This document shows, piece by piece, positions 53,514 through 64,000 of a stretch of 64,000 nt of DNA. The notes under the pieces are model-generated. The model saw only the letters and a program-made list of their open reading frames with translations. It did no database searches and was not told the origin of the DNA. The stretch comes from Nitrospirota bacterium (GTDB lineage: Bacteria > Nitrospirota > JACRHJ01), in assembly GCA_963845245.1 (NCBI GenBank), contig CAWJRJ010000021.1, positions 32,001 through 96,000 of the forward strand, given 5' to 3'. Within the stretch, counting starts at the first letter, position 1. Each line of letters starts with the position of its first letter. A program made the position numbers and the translations under genes.

Positions 53514-55067
53514 TTACTTCGCGTACTCGACGTAACGGGCTTCCCTTATCACGGTGACCCTTATCTGGCCGGGATACGCCATCTCTTCTTCGATCTTCTT
53601 CGCTATCTCCCTGGAGATATGGGCGGCTGATACGTCGTCCACATCCTCGGGCTTTACTATCACGCGTATCTCGCGGCCTGCCTGAATTGCGAAACACTTC
53701 TCGACGCCGGGGAACGAGGTGGCTACCTCTTCGAGCTTTTCGAGGCGTTTTACGTATGTCTCAAGCGTCTCGCGCCTTGCGCCCGGCCTTGCAGCCGATA
53801 GGGCGTCCGCAGCCGCCACGAGCACGGACTCGACACAGGTGAATTCCACGTCGCCGTGATGTGCCATAATGGCGTTTAATACCTTGGCATTCTCTCCGTA
53901 CTTCTTGGCAAGGTCAAACCCGATGCTGGCGTGCGTGCCTTCGATCTCGTGGTCTACAGCCTTGCCCAGGTCGTGCAGAAGACCCGCGCGCTTGGCGAGC
54001 TTTACGTCCACGCCGAGTTCAGCCGCCATGACGCCCGCGAGGAATGCGACCTCCCTTGAGTGCATGAGCACGTTCTGGCCGTAGCTGGTGCGGTACTTGA
54101 GCCTGCCCAGGAGCTTTATAACGTCCGGGTGTATGCCGTGGAGCGTAAGGTCGAAGGCAGCCTTCTCGCCTTCCTCACGCATTGTTTCGTCCAGTTCCTT
54201 ACGTACCTTGTCAACGACTTCTTCTATACGGCCCGGGATGTATGCGTCCGTCCGCCATGAGCCGCTCGATGGATTGGCGTGCGATCTCTCTGCGTACGGG
54301 GTCGAAGCCTGATACTATTACGGCCTGCGGCGTGTCGTCGATTATGAGGTCTATGCCGGTCGCGGCCTCGAGCGCACGGATGTTCCTGCCCTCGCGGCCT
54401 ATTATGCGGCCCTTCATCTCGTCGTTGGGGAGGTTGACCAGGGATACGGTGGTCTCGGCCACGTAGTCGCTGGCGTAACGCTGGATGGCAAGCGCCATTA
54501 TGTCCTTGGACTTCTTGTCCGCAGTGGCCTTGGATTCGTCCTCTATGCGCTTTATCATCTTGGCGCCTTCGTGGGTGGCCTCCTCCTCCATGCGCAGGAG
54601 CAGCTCCCTCTTGGCGTCCTCGGAGCTCATCCCGGCGATACGCTCAAGCTGCCTTACCTGCTCAAGTATGCCGTCCTCGTACTTCTTTTCCTTTTCAAGC
54701 AGGACATTCTCGCGGTTTGCGAGGTCCTTTTCCTTTTTCAGGATGTCCGAATCCCTCTTGTCGAACTGTTCGGACTTCTTGTCGAGATGTTCCTCTTTCT
54801 GGACGAGGCGTTTCTCTGAGGCGTTAAGCTCGGTACGCCTGTCTTTTATCTCCTTCTCGAAGTCCGAACGCTGCTGGTAGAGCTTGTCCTTCGCTTCGAG
54901 AAGCAGTTCCTTCTTCTTCGTCTCGGCGTCGCGTTCCGCGTCCTTCAGCATCCTCTTGGCCTGCTCTTCGGCATCTTTTATCTTGGATTCCGCCATCCCC
55001 CGCTTTATCAGCATGCCGATCGCAAGGCCGACAACCCCAGCCACCGCTATCCAAATGTAATCAACAT
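53514..55067 (-). CDS. rny: Ribonuclease Y (indels near 54230-54180 and near the start)
   Basis: N-terminal TM, coiled coil, KH motif [15 protein letters not shown] domain LLHDLGKA and ARPGARRE. Confidence 0.93.
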
Positions 55068-55094
55068 AATAACTGAGCCCTCCCGTTTTGATAT

Positions 55095-56414
55095 TTATAC
55101 TGGTTTTGTTCCATCCGTAGTCTTCAGTCCTGCAAGTCTACTGCTTATCTCTTTTTCATATCCAACGTCTGCCGGCCTGTAAAATGACTTTTTCACAGGC
55201 AGGTATTCCTGTTCTACCCAATGCCCCGGGTAATCGTGCGGGTACTTGTAGCCCTTGCCGTGCCCGAGCCTCCCAGCCCCTTTGTAGCTGGCGTCGCGCA
55301 GGTGGTCGGGGACGGGCATGACGGCCCCGTCTTCGATCGTCCTCAGCGCCTCGTTTACGGCAACGTACGACGCGTTGGACTTCGGTGCGCAGGCCACGTA
55401 GATGGCCGCCTGCGCCAGCGGTATCCTGCCCTCCGGCATCCCGATGTGTTCGAGCGCGTGAAGGGCCGAGACCGCGACGCCCAGCGCCGCCGGGTCGGCG
55501 TTGCCCACGTCCTCCGAGGCCGCTATTATTATGCGCCTCGCAACGAACAGCGGGTCCTCGCCCGCATAGAGCATCTTCGACATCCAGTAGATCGCCGCAT
55601 CAGGGTCGCTGCCCCTCATGCTCTTTATGAACGCGGAAATGGTGTCGTAGTGCTCGTCCTCCTCGTATACGACCGCCTTCTTCTGAATGGACTCCTCGGC
55701 GACGCCGAGGGTGAACCTGATAACCCCGTCGTTGCCTGGAGGGGTGGTCAGGATGCCTATCTCAAGGGCGTTCAGCGCCCTTCGCGCATCCCCTGCGGAG
55801 CTTGATACGATAAATTCCACGGCCGCATCGTCCAGGGCGACCTTATAGGCGCCCATGCCGCGCTCAGTGTCGCTAAGCGCGCGCGCAATGAGCGTACGAA
55901 GCGCATCGCCGTCAAGCGGCCTGAGTTCAAAAATGCGGGAACGGGAGGAAAGGGCGGGTATTACCGAGAAAAACGGGTTTGCCGTGGAAGCGCCGATAAG
56001 GATTATGGCGCCCCTCTCGACGTCCGGCAGGAGCGCGTCCTGCTGGGATTTGTTGAAACGGTGTATCTCGTCTATGAAAAGGATTGTTTTTCTGCCGCTT
56101 GAACGGACTTCTTTATCTGCGGCGGCGGTGACCCTGCGGATGTCCGCCACTCCGGAGGTGACAGCATTTATGGGCTCGAAGAGCGCCTTTGTCCTGCCGG
56201 CGATGACGTGCGCAAGCGCGGTCTTGCCGCAGCCTGGTGGGCCATAGAGGATGAGCGAGCTTATCCTGTCGGCTTCGATGGCGCGGCGTAGAAGCTTCCC
56301 TGGGCCGAGTATATGCTCCTGGCCCACGAACTCGTCAAGCTCCCGTGGCCTCATACGCCATGCCAGAGGCGCGTTTTCTGCGTCTTTTCGGGCGAGGCCG
56401 AACAAATCAGGCAT
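55095..56414 (-). CDS. rarA: Replication-associated recombination protein A (MgsA/RarA AAA+ ATPase)
   Basis: [43 protein letters not shown] and GYKYPHDY. Confidence 0.95.
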   Translation of the reverse strand: MPDLFGLARKDAENAPLAWRMRPRELDEFVGQEHILGPGKLLRRAIEADRISSLILYGPPGCGKTALAHVIAGRTKALFEPINAVTSGVADIRRVTAAADKEVRSSGRKTILFIDEIHRFNKSQQDALLPDVERGAIILIGASTANPFFSVIPALSSRSRIFELRPLDGDALRTLIARALSDTERGMGAYKVALDDAAVEFIVSSSAGDARRALNALEIGILTTPPGNDGVIRFTLGVAEESIQKKAVVYEEDEHYDTISAFIKSMRGSDPDAAIYWMSKMLYAGEDPLFVARRIIIAASEDVGNADPAALGVAVSALHALEHIGMPEGRIPLAQAAIYVACAPKSNASYVAVNEALRTIEDGAVMPVPDHLRDASYKGAGRLGHGKGYKYPHDYPGHWVEQEYLPVKKSFYRPADVGYEKEISSRLAGLKTTDGTKPV

Positions 56415-56774
56415 GATAAGCCTTAACTAGTGCAAAAAGGATTGACGACTTAGGAATAGCTTTGGGAGAGGCTAAAAAAGCGGAAATCTCCGGCCCGGGG
56501 ACCGGTATGCAGTTTGGGCGCGCAAATATGGAGGAGCCCCCCCTGTAGGAGGACTAAAATAGAACAAAAGACCCCTCTCGGCTTTAATGGTGCAAAAAGC
56601 CAAATTATAAACGGCAGGACCGGCCCACTCCAGTCTGGAGACGACCGCTGAAAGAAGCAATAAGAGGACGGCCATGCCGGCGCTAAACCCAAAAGACATC
56701 ATTTCAACCTTTAAAACCATTCCGTTAGCTTTATTCCCGGGGGACCGTATAAGACCGGTTCCCCGCTTGAATTC

Positions 56775-56950
56775 AACCCCCGCCGACTGCCGTGTTGGAG
56801 TATTTTTTGAGCCTGGCTGTCACCAGGTGGGTGCCAGGTCGGAAGGTTCAGGCTTCCCCGAAGGGCATGCACACCCCTTCCTGTTTCCCAGCTCCCTATT
56901 TAATAGCGTTGGTCAAAAAAAGCTCCATAATCACAAACAGGGCAGGGGAA
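56775..56950 (-). ncRNA. ssrS: 6S RNA
   Basis: About 175-nt rod-like fold with pairing ends (cccctgccctg / cggcggggg), central bubble and GCATGCACACC-type internal segment, in the canonical position downstream of zapA and upstream of the rny block. Confidence 0.8.
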
Positions 56951-57015
56951 CCCTATACTCTAACCCTGTAACACCTATAACATACTGCAAACAAGGCAAA
57001 AATTCAAGAAAAAAA

Positions 57016-57294
57016 TCATTCTCCGCCGAGCATATCGAAGAGGTCCCCGGTCTTCTTTTCGACCATCTCCTCAACCTTGCGCTGGCGGTTCCGAAGCCGG
57101 AAAATTTCGTCCGCCATGTTGACCGCGGCGAGTACCGCTATCCTCTGGGCGCTGACGGTCGACGGGCTCCTCAGGGCGAGCGCACGCATCTTTTCGTCCA
57201 CGAACCGGGCAAGCTGCCTTACGTATTCCGGGTCGGCATCTCCCTTGATCGAATATGTGCCGCCGAATATCTCGACGTCAACACTCTTGGTCAT
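57016..57294 (-). CDS. zapA: Cell division protein ZapA
   Basis: VEIFGGTYSI...LARFVDEKM...AVLAAVNMADE. Confidence 0.92.
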   Translation of the reverse strand: MTKSVDVEIFGGTYSIKGDADPEYVRQLARFVDEKMRALALRSPSTVSAQRIAVLAAVNMADEIFRLRNRQRKVEEMVEKKTGDLFDMLGGE

Positions 57295-57524
57295 GCTGTA
57301 AGGCCCTCGATACCCTGTATGATGTTTTCCAGGCGCTCGCGCACCTGGTCCCTCTCCTTGCGCAGAAGGGCCGCCTCTTCTTCCACGGCTTTCTTCGCAT
57401 CAAGCACGGAACCAAGGCGTGTAACCTCTTCTTCCAGCATGTTTTTTTCTTCCTTAAGCTCCTTTACAAGCTCGATAATTTTTGATATTCTCTGTTCCAG
57501 TGCGTCTATCTTTTCAAGGGACAT
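57291..57524 (-). CDS. zapB: ZapB-like coiled-coil protein
   Basis: LEKIDALEQRI...LKEEK coiled coil; overlaps the zapA start. Confidence 0.75.
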   Translation of the reverse strand: MSLEKIDALEQRISKIIELVKELKEEKNMLEEEVTRLGSVLDAKKAVEEEAALLRKERDQVRERLENIIQGIEGLTA

Positions 57525-57662
57525 ATTCTTAACTCCTTTGGTAGGTGAATAAACAAGACCATTATCTTTCAGGCTGGCACGCATGTCAAGGTTTTTTGCC
57601 CCTGTTTTTTGGCCAACAAAGCGGTTTTATCGATATTTTTTTCTCATTTAGTAAAATGATAG

Positions 57663-57691
57663 TTGACAAAGGTAATTGATTTGAATAAACT
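57663..57691 (+). promoter_or_regulatory. Sigma-70 promoter
   Basis: TTGACA-17 nt-TAAACT. Confidence 0.65.
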
Positions 57692-57749
57692 CTTTAGAAC
57701 TCGCAAGTGCGGGTGATTTTATAGACCATAATGAAAGGAGAAAAAAAAG

Positions 57750-57935
57750 ATGAAGATGAAGACGATCGCAGCTTTATTGGTTTCTGGTGCCCTTATGTTC
57801 TCCCTCGCCGCCTGCGGCAAGAAGGAAGAAGCGCCTGCGCCCGCGCCCGCGCCCGCTCCTGCTACCACTCCGGCTCCGGCAATGGGTGGCGCAACAACAG
57901 CAGCACCTGCTGCAACACCTGCTCCGGCTAAGTAA
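57750..57935 (+). CDS. Small Ala/Pro-rich lipoprotein
   Basis: Lipobox LAAC-GKKEE, (AP)n tail, RBS AAGGAG. Confidence 0.8.
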   Translation: MKMKTIAALLVSGALMFSLAACGKKEEAPAPAPAPAPATTPAPAMGGATTAAPAATPAPAK

Positions 57936-57955
57936 GAAGTTCTCTCTAAAAGAGA

Positions 57956-58303
57956 ATGGTTTTGAAAAAAAGGCTGGGTATCTTATTATTGTTCGCGGCG
58001 CTGGTTTCCGGTCCCGCCTGCTCTAAAGGCGGCGGACAGGGAGGGGGCGAAGCGGCAAAGGTCGTTGACGGCAAGGCAGTTTTCGATAGATACTGTGCTT
58101 CCTGTCATAAAGGCGGCGGAAACGTCGTGAATCCTGTCAAGACGCTTTCGCGCTCTGACAGGGAGGCCAACGGGATCAATAGTCCCGGCGACATAGAAAA
58201 AATAATAAGGAACCCCGGTCCGGGTATGCCGAAGTTCGACCAGAGCGCAATCTCTGACGATGAGGCAAAAGCTTTAGCCGAATACGTATTCAGCACTTTT
58301 TAA
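57956..58303 (+). CDS. Monoheme cytochrome c6-like (lipo)protein
   Basis: CASCH..GGNVVNP.KTL...GPGMPKF. Confidence 0.88.
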   Translation: MVLKKRLGILLLFAALVSGPACSKGGGQGGGEAAKVVDGKAVFDRYCASCHKGGGNVVNPVKTLSRSDREANGINSPGDIEKIIRNPGPGMPKFDQSAISDDEAKALAEYVFSTF

Positions 58304-58321
58304 CTGTTAGGCCAGTAGTTT

Positions 58322-58351
58322 AAAAAGCCCGTCTTAATGACGGGCTTTTTT
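58322..58351 (+). terminator. Rho-independent terminator
   Basis: aaaaagcccgtc-ttaat-gacgggctttttt. Confidence 0.85.
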
Positions 58352-58419
58352 ATTTTCCAAAAGTTGACGCCACGGGCGGATTTGATATACTTCAAGGATT
58401 ATAAACTTGGGAGGTAATC

Positions 58420-58750
58420 ATGAAAAAGTTAGCTGTGCTTGTGATGGCCGGGCTGTTCGCGGTATCGGCCGCTGCCGCATCCGCCGACACCCCCAAAGGT
58501 GCCAAGATCGACGGAAAGAAAGAGTTCATGGAACACTGCAACGCCTGTCACGCAAACGGCGGGAACATCATCAACCCCAAGAAGACCCTGAAAAAGGCCG
58601 ACCGGGAAGCAAACGGGATAAAGAAGCCTGCGGACATCGCTGAAGCTCGTCCGCAACCCCGGCCCAGGCATGACCAAGTTCGACACCAAGACCCTCTCGG
58701 ACAAAGAGGCGAAGGCGGTAGCCGACTACATCATGAAGACGTTTAAATAG
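58420..58750 (+). CDS. Second monoheme cytochrome c6-like protein (indel near 58640)
   Basis: CNACH.NGGNIINPKKTL; RNPGPGMTKFD...YIMKTFK continues in the other frame. Confidence 0.85.
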
Positions 58751-58764
58751 AGAACTTATATTTA

Positions 58765-58797
58765 AAAGAGCCCGCCCTAAACAGGCGGGCTTTTTTA
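58765..58797 (+). terminator. Rho-independent terminator
   Basis: agagcccgcc-ctaaaca-ggcgggctttttt. Confidence 0.85.
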
Positions 58798-58930
58798 TGA
58801 CCATCCTGCACCCATCACTTCTTGCGCCATTTTTTGTCCCTTGATTTACTCATACATCCCTGTATAATGCCTCAACGGCCTATCTCCAGAAACATGGCTT
58901 ATTTTATTCTTTTTCTTAAGGAACAGGGCT

Positions 58931-59455
58931 ATGGATACCACGTCTGTTGTACCAGCGGAGAGGATTGAGCGGTCGATCTTTTTGATCCGTGGGCATAAGG
59001 TCATGCTGGACTTTGATTTGGCGGACATTTACGGCGTGACGACCAAGCGCCTGAATGAGCAAGTCAAAAGAAACCTGGACCGTTTCCCGGAAGACTTTAT
59101 GTTTCAGCTGACATATCAAGAGTTTGCAATCTTGAGGTCGCAAATTGCGACCTCAAGTTGGGGCGGGAAAAGACATATACCTTACGCATTTACTGAGCAT
59201 GGGACTGTGATGCTTGCCAGCGTGTTAAACAGCCCTGTCGCCGTGAATGCCAGCGTGCAGGTCGTACGCGCTTTTGTACGGTTGCGCAAGTTACTTTCTT
59301 CTCATACGGAGCTTGCGCGCAAACTAAATGCGCTTGAGAATAAATACGATACACAGTTCAGAGAGGTATTCAAGGTTATACGCGAGTTGATGCAGCCTGA
59401 CGGAACCTCCAAGCGGCGGAAGATAGGGTTTCGTCGCGATGGGGGAGAGGTTTAA
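58931..59455 (+). CDS. ORF6N-domain DNA-binding protein
   Basis: IRGHKVMLDFDLADIYGV..RLNEQVKRN..RFPEDFMFQLT...PYAFTEHG. Confidence 0.92.
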   Translation: MDTTSVVPAERIERSIFLIRGHKVMLDFDLADIYGVTTKRLNEQVKRNLDRFPEDFMFQLTYQEFAILRSQIATSSWGGKRHIPYAFTEHGTVMLASVLNSPVAVNASVQVVRAFVRLRKLLSSHTELARKLNALENKYDTQFREVFKVIRELMQPDGTSKRRKIGFRRDGGEV

Positions 59456-59524
59456 ACCCGTGCGCCGCAACGCATAAAAAGCTTTCGATGAAGCGTTCTC
59501 GGACTTTGAGGCAAAGGGAGGGAA

Positions 59525-60913
59525 ATGAAAAAAATCCTCGCTACAGTGGTGTTGGGTTTACTGCTTATCATACCCGAAATCATTTCGCTTGCTGAAAATT
59601 CTGCGCCTGATAAGGAGATTAAGCGGGAAGTCATATTGACTACAAATCCTGGCCCATATGGTTCCGTAGTCTACAGCCCTGACGGAAAACTCATTGCCGT
59701 TCCGGGTGATAAAAATGAAATTATCATCCTCAATGCCGCCTCTCGTAAACCAATAAAAACTCTCAATGGTCATGTAGGGAATGTCTATGCTCTTGATTTC
59801 AGTCCTGATGGTAAATACTTGGCGTCCGGTGGAGAGGATGGATCTTTAATTTTGTGGAGTATTGATGGAAGAATCCTTGATAAAATTACATTCAAAGATG
59901 CAGGTGCTTTAGGTTTTACTGATGTCAAATTCAGTCCGGACGGTGACAAGCTTGTTGCGGTAACTTATAATTTAGTCGTCATAATGGATATTAGATCAGG
60001 GAAAGAAATCATCAATAAATTATATCGCTATCAAGAGAACTTTATCCGTTCGATGTCCTTTAATAATGACGGGTCAAAATTGGCATTAGGTATTCAGGAT
60101 AATAAAACTAATTTGAAAATTTTATCTATTTCAGATGGGAAATTTCTAATTTCTGTGGATGGGGATAAGCTATGCCTTCATCCTCATATTGAAAAAATTA
60201 CATCGGTTAAATTTACTCCCGATGGGACGAAAGTAGTTGCCTATTCATTTAATCACTCAACGCAAGTGTTGGACGCTTCTAGTGGGAAAATTCTTTGGCG
60301 GATAAAAAACTTCAACTCCAATATCAAAAGCAAATGCGATGTTTGCCATCCGCCTCATGATGGCGGAAAAGATTCGTTGGATCCATTATGGACTCATTCA
60401 AGGGGAGCTCATTCTTTTGATATTAGTAGGGATGGGAAAATGCTTTCAACAGGTAGCAAGGATAAGACGATAATAATTCGAGATGTTGATACTGGTAAAA
60501 GGTTGAAAACTTTTCCCAATATGTCTTCGACTGCAATTATTTTATCGATGGCCTTCAGCCCTGATAGCAAGGAAGTTGCTGTTTTAATACTTGACAGTAA
60601 CATACGTTCAATCCCGGACTCTTTTCGTATAAAGCAGGACGCGCAAGCCCGAAACAGCCAAAGTAAGTTAACTTTTTATAATAAATTATTGTTCTATAAT
60701 TTAAACGAAGATAGTTGTTCTTCAGAAATTCAAAATAGAATTTTAGACTTAACTGAGGAGAGGGATACAAAAATCAACATTGCATATTCAACCAAACCAG
60801 AATATGAAGCAACCGCAGAGGAAGAACGTCTGATGAAAGAATACGACGCCCTTATCGAGAAAGAGAAGAAGGCGTTTGAGCAAAAGACAAAGGGCGCTGC
60901 CCCTGCCCAGTAA
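59525..60913 (+). CDS. Secreted WD40-repeat protein (AT-rich gene) with one CxxCH
   Basis: Signal peptide; GHVGNVYALDFSPDGKYLASGGEDG..LW repeats; CDVCH. Confidence 0.8.
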   Translation: MKKILATVVLGLLLIIPEIISLAENSAPDKEIKREVILTTNPGPYGSVVYSPDGKLIAVPGDKNEIIILNAASRKPIKTLNGHVGNVYALDFSPDGKYLASGGEDGSLILWSIDGRILDKITFKDAGALGFTDVKFSPDGDKLVAVTYNLVVIMDIRSGKEIINKLYRYQENFIRSMSFNNDGSKLALGIQDNKTNLKILSISDGKFLISVDGDKLCLHPHIEKITSVKFTPDGTKVVAYSFNHSTQVLDASSGKILWRIKNFNSNIKSKCDVCHPPHDGGKDSLDPLWTHSRGAHSFDISRDGKMLSTGSKDKTIIIRDVDTGKRLKTFPNMSSTAIILSMAFSPDSKEVAVLILDSNIRSIPDSFRIKQDAQARNSQSKLTFYNKLLFYNLNEDSCSSEIQNRILDLTEERDTKINIAYSTKPEYEATAEEERLMKEYDALIEKEKKAFEQKTKGAAPAQ

Positions 60914-60927
60914 AGGTGCCCCGCTCC

Positions 60928-62372
60928 TCACGCCCCCATGAACGAACTTATCAAATCAAGCAGCCTGCCCGGTAGCACACCCAGATAAATCACGACGGCC
61001 ACTATGACGGCAAGCCCCGCCTGCCCTGCAAAGTCGAGCGACGGAACGGGATGTGTCTCATCTTCCGTCAGCTCGTCGCCCCGCATGTACAGGTACACCA
61101 CCACCCTCAGATAATAGAAGACGGATATGATCGCGGTTATGATACCCAGGATGGAGAGGTTCACGTAACCGGCCTTCATGCCTGAGTAGAAGATGCCGAA
61201 CTTGCCGATGAACCCGGCGGTCGGGGGCAGGCCCGCAAGGGATATCAGGCAGATAGCGAGCACGAAGCTCCGATAAGGGTGTGTGTACCCGAGGCCACGC
61301 AGTGCGGTAATGTCGCCAAGGTCGCGTTCCTTGCCGGAGAATGCCGCCACCGCGCCGAATGCGCCCAGGTCCATCAGCAATGTATGCGATGAGGTAGAAG
61401 ACGGCTTGCGTGCCGCCGACGGCAGGGGCGGAGATTACCGCGAGCAGGACGTATCCCATCTGCGCGATGGAGGAATAGGCGAGCAGCCTCTTTATGTTGT
61501 CCTGGGTAAGCGCCGCAACGTTGCCGAACACCATGGTGGCGGCCGAGATGGCCCAGAGGGCCGGTACGAGCGATGCCCAGCCGGGTTTGCTCAGAAGTGC
61601 AAGCTTTATGAACAGGGCAAAGACGGAGGCCTTGGACATGGTGGACAGGAACGCCACCACGGGCGCGGGGCCGCCCTCGTAGACGTCCGGCGCCCAGAAG
61701 TGGAACGGGAAGAGAGAGGTCTTGAAGCCCAGGCCGACGATAAGCATCGCCCAGCCCGCAAGCCCGACCGGGTTTATCCTGCCGCCTGAAGGATATCGCA
61801 GACATAGAGCCGGAAAGAGACAGTGTGCCCGTCTGCGCATAGATCAGCGAGAGGCCGTAGGCGAAAAACGCGGTGGATATCGCGCCGACCACGAGGTATT
61901 TCAGCCCCGCCTCGCCGGAGAGGGCGTCTGACTTGTTGGAGGCCAGCAGTACGTAGAACGCGAGCGACATGCTCTCAAGGCCTAGGAATACCCCAAGCAG
62001 GCTGTTCGAGGAGGCGAGCAGGGACATCCCGAAGGCGGCGAACAGCACAAGGGCCGGGTACTCCTCGTTCCCAAGGTTCCTCCTGCCGCAGTATCCACGT
62101 GAGAGCAGCAGGACGAGGACGGCGGAGAAAGACGCCGCCGCCGTGAAGAACCTGCCGAAGCTGTCAGGCTGTATGAAACCCCCGACAGAGGTTACGGACG
62201 GAACGTAGAACGCGGCCGCAAGCCCCGCGGCAAGCGCCAGCGCAGCCCCTAGCATGTTCAGGGCCTTGGGGCCGATATCCGAAGCGAACGCCCCCAGCAA
62301 CAGGACAAACACCGCCCCTAGTGCGAGTATGTCATACGGGAGAAGCGCTGCTATGTCGTTCAGGCTAATTAT
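60928..62372 (-). CDS. nuoN: NADH-quinone oxidoreductase subunit N (indels near 61800 and 61378)
   Basis: EAGLKYL, FK...PFHFWAPDVYEGGP, KRLLAYSSIAQMGY and SLAGLPPTAGFIGK across frames. Confidence 0.9.
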
Positions 62373-62385
62373 AATGCGCCTCCAT

Positions 62386-63887
62386 TTAAAGCCCTGCGGT
62401 GCGGGCAGCGGCCCCCACGAGGTCCCTGACCGGGCCCTGTATCTGTCTCAACAGTATGGCCGGGTATACGCCTATTACCACCACCAGAAACGCAAGCGGG
62501 ACCAGTACGGTCAGTTCTCTTGCCGACAGGTCTGTCATGCCGGGTTCCAGTACGCTTTGGCCTTGTGGCCCGAACAGCACGTTCTGGGCGAGCCTCAAAA
62601 GATATATCAACCCCGCTACCAGCCCGGCGAATGCCGCCGCGGCGATGTACGGGTGCGCGCGGAAGAGTCCGACGAGTATCAGGAACTCGCCCGTGAAGTT
62701 GTTGAGCCCCGGGAGCCCGAGGGATGAGAGGATGAACAACAGGAAGAAGGCCGAAAATGCCGGGGCCTTCGACCATAGCCCGCCGAAGCCGCTTATGTCC
62801 CTCGTATGCGCGCGTTCGTCCAGCATCCCGACCATTATGAATAGCGCCGCCGTCGAGATGCCGTGGTTCACCATCTGGAGCACCGAGCCCGCGAGAGACA
62901 CCTCGTTCCAGGCCGCTATGCCGATCACCACGTAGGCAAGGTGCGAGACGCTTGAATATGCCACCAGCCTCTTCATGTCGGTTTGGGCGAACGCTATCCA
63001 TGAAGCGTAGAATATGCCGATTATGCCGACAGTGAAAAGAACCGGAAGGAAGGCGGCCGCCGCCTGGGGGAACAACGGGAAGGCGAACCGCAGTATACCG
63101 TATGTGCCGGTTTTGAGCAGCAGGCCCGCGAGTATCACGCTGCCAGCGGTCGGCGCGTCGGTGTGCGCGTCCGGCAGCCATGTGTGCAGCGGGAATATGG
63201 GTACTTTTACGGCGAAGCCCAGCAGGAAACCCGGAAAAAAGAACCAGGGAAACCGGGAAGGATAACTGTGTGCCGACCAGCCTGTCAAGCGCGAAGGTGT
63301 AGTCGCCAGTCTGGCTCCCGTGGATAACATAAAGACCTATGATCGAGAGGAGCATGAAGAGGCTTCCGGTAACCGTGAATATCAGGAACTTGACCGCCGA
63401 GTATATGCGCCTGCCGTGTCCCCAGACGCCTATCAGGAAGAACATGGGTATCAGCATTACCTCCCAGAAGAGGTAGAACAGGAAAAGGTCGGTCGACTAA
63501 AAATACGCCCAGCACGCCCGTCTCGAGCACCAGCAGCATCGCATGGAAGAGGGGGACCTTCGTCTTCACGGAGCGCCAGGAGACGATAACTGACAGCAAA
63601 AAGAGTAATGCGGTAAGGTTGACCAGCAGCAGGCTTATCCCGTCCATGCCCAGGCTGAACCTCATGCCGTACCGGTCCACCCACGGCAGGTCGATTGCAA
63701 GAAACCAGCGGCCCGGCCCGGCGTATCCCTTCAAGAGAACCCAATAAAGCACAATGCTGATGACAAGCTCCGCGCCCGTCACCATAAGCGCAAGTATCCT
63801 GCAAACGCGCTCGCTCTTTTCAAAAAGAATAAGTACGGCGGTCAATACCGGCAGAAAAAGCATGTATATTAAGAAGCCAGAGTACAT
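62386..63887 (-). CDS. nuoM: NADH-quinone oxidoreductase subunit M (indels near 63495 and 63240)
   Basis: LGMDGISL, LIPMFFLIGVWG, KVPIFPLHTWLPDAH, DMKRLVAYSSVSH and GLPGLNNFTGEF. Confidence 0.9.
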
Positions 63888-64000
63888 CAGTGAGAGCTCC
63901 AGGTGAAAAATATCAGTATTGCCGCCGCGCCGATCACGGTGGCTATTATATATGCGGACGCGCGGCCGGTCACGGATGTCCTGAGGTAAGTGCCTGCCCC
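63887..64000 (-). CDS. nuoL: NADH-quinone oxidoreductase subunit L, C-terminal end (partial)
   Basis: ...LRTSVTGRASAYIIA + TM helix; its TGA overlaps the nuoM ATG (TGATG). Confidence 0.7.
   Translation of the reverse strand, partial: GAGTYLRTSVTGRASAYIIATVIGAAAILIFFTWSSH

Noticed and set aside
56674..57552. 292-aa plus-strand ORF and other long antisense ORFs in the track
   Set aside because: It overlaps 6S RNA, zapA and zapB on the opposite strand with no recognisable motifs. These are shadow ORFs typical of GC-rich coding DNA.

Overview
GC-rich (roughly 55-60% by eye) chromosomal window from an anaerobic bacterium with dissimilatory sulfur metabolism and probable N2 fixation. Gene content suggests a Nitrospirota- or Desulfobacterota-like lineage (inference only). 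In order it carries: the 3' end of nifV; nifB behind a NifA/sigma-54-type promoter; an SPL-like radical SAM gene; tmRNA; sat-aprBA-qmoABC; an ankyrin lipoprotein; a pentaheme cytochrome; proline dehydrogenase; an unusual TPR/TonB-like/YfaP + giant TPR + HEAT gene cluster; an aminopeptidase; and a NarX/NarL-type two-component pair. Next is a ~21 kb cluster of five secreted multiheme cytochromes (about 110 heme-binding motifs by hand count), including a ~3,900-aa protein with about 59 motifs. The cluster contains three copies of a covarying 52-nt intergenic hairpin and ends in an unannotated 19-aa peptide gene (MKIKYTAPKVVASSSVHPC). The right part holds a beta-propeller gene, the housekeeping block xseA-ymdB-rny-rarA-6S RNA-zapA-zapB, two c6-like cytochromes, an ORF6N gene, an AT-rich WD40 gene and nuoN/M/L. 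Many conserved genes are split by single-base indels, most likely long-read assembly errors. The best candidate for an undescribed system is the cytochrome cluster together with its RNA hairpin repeats and terminal micropeptide.
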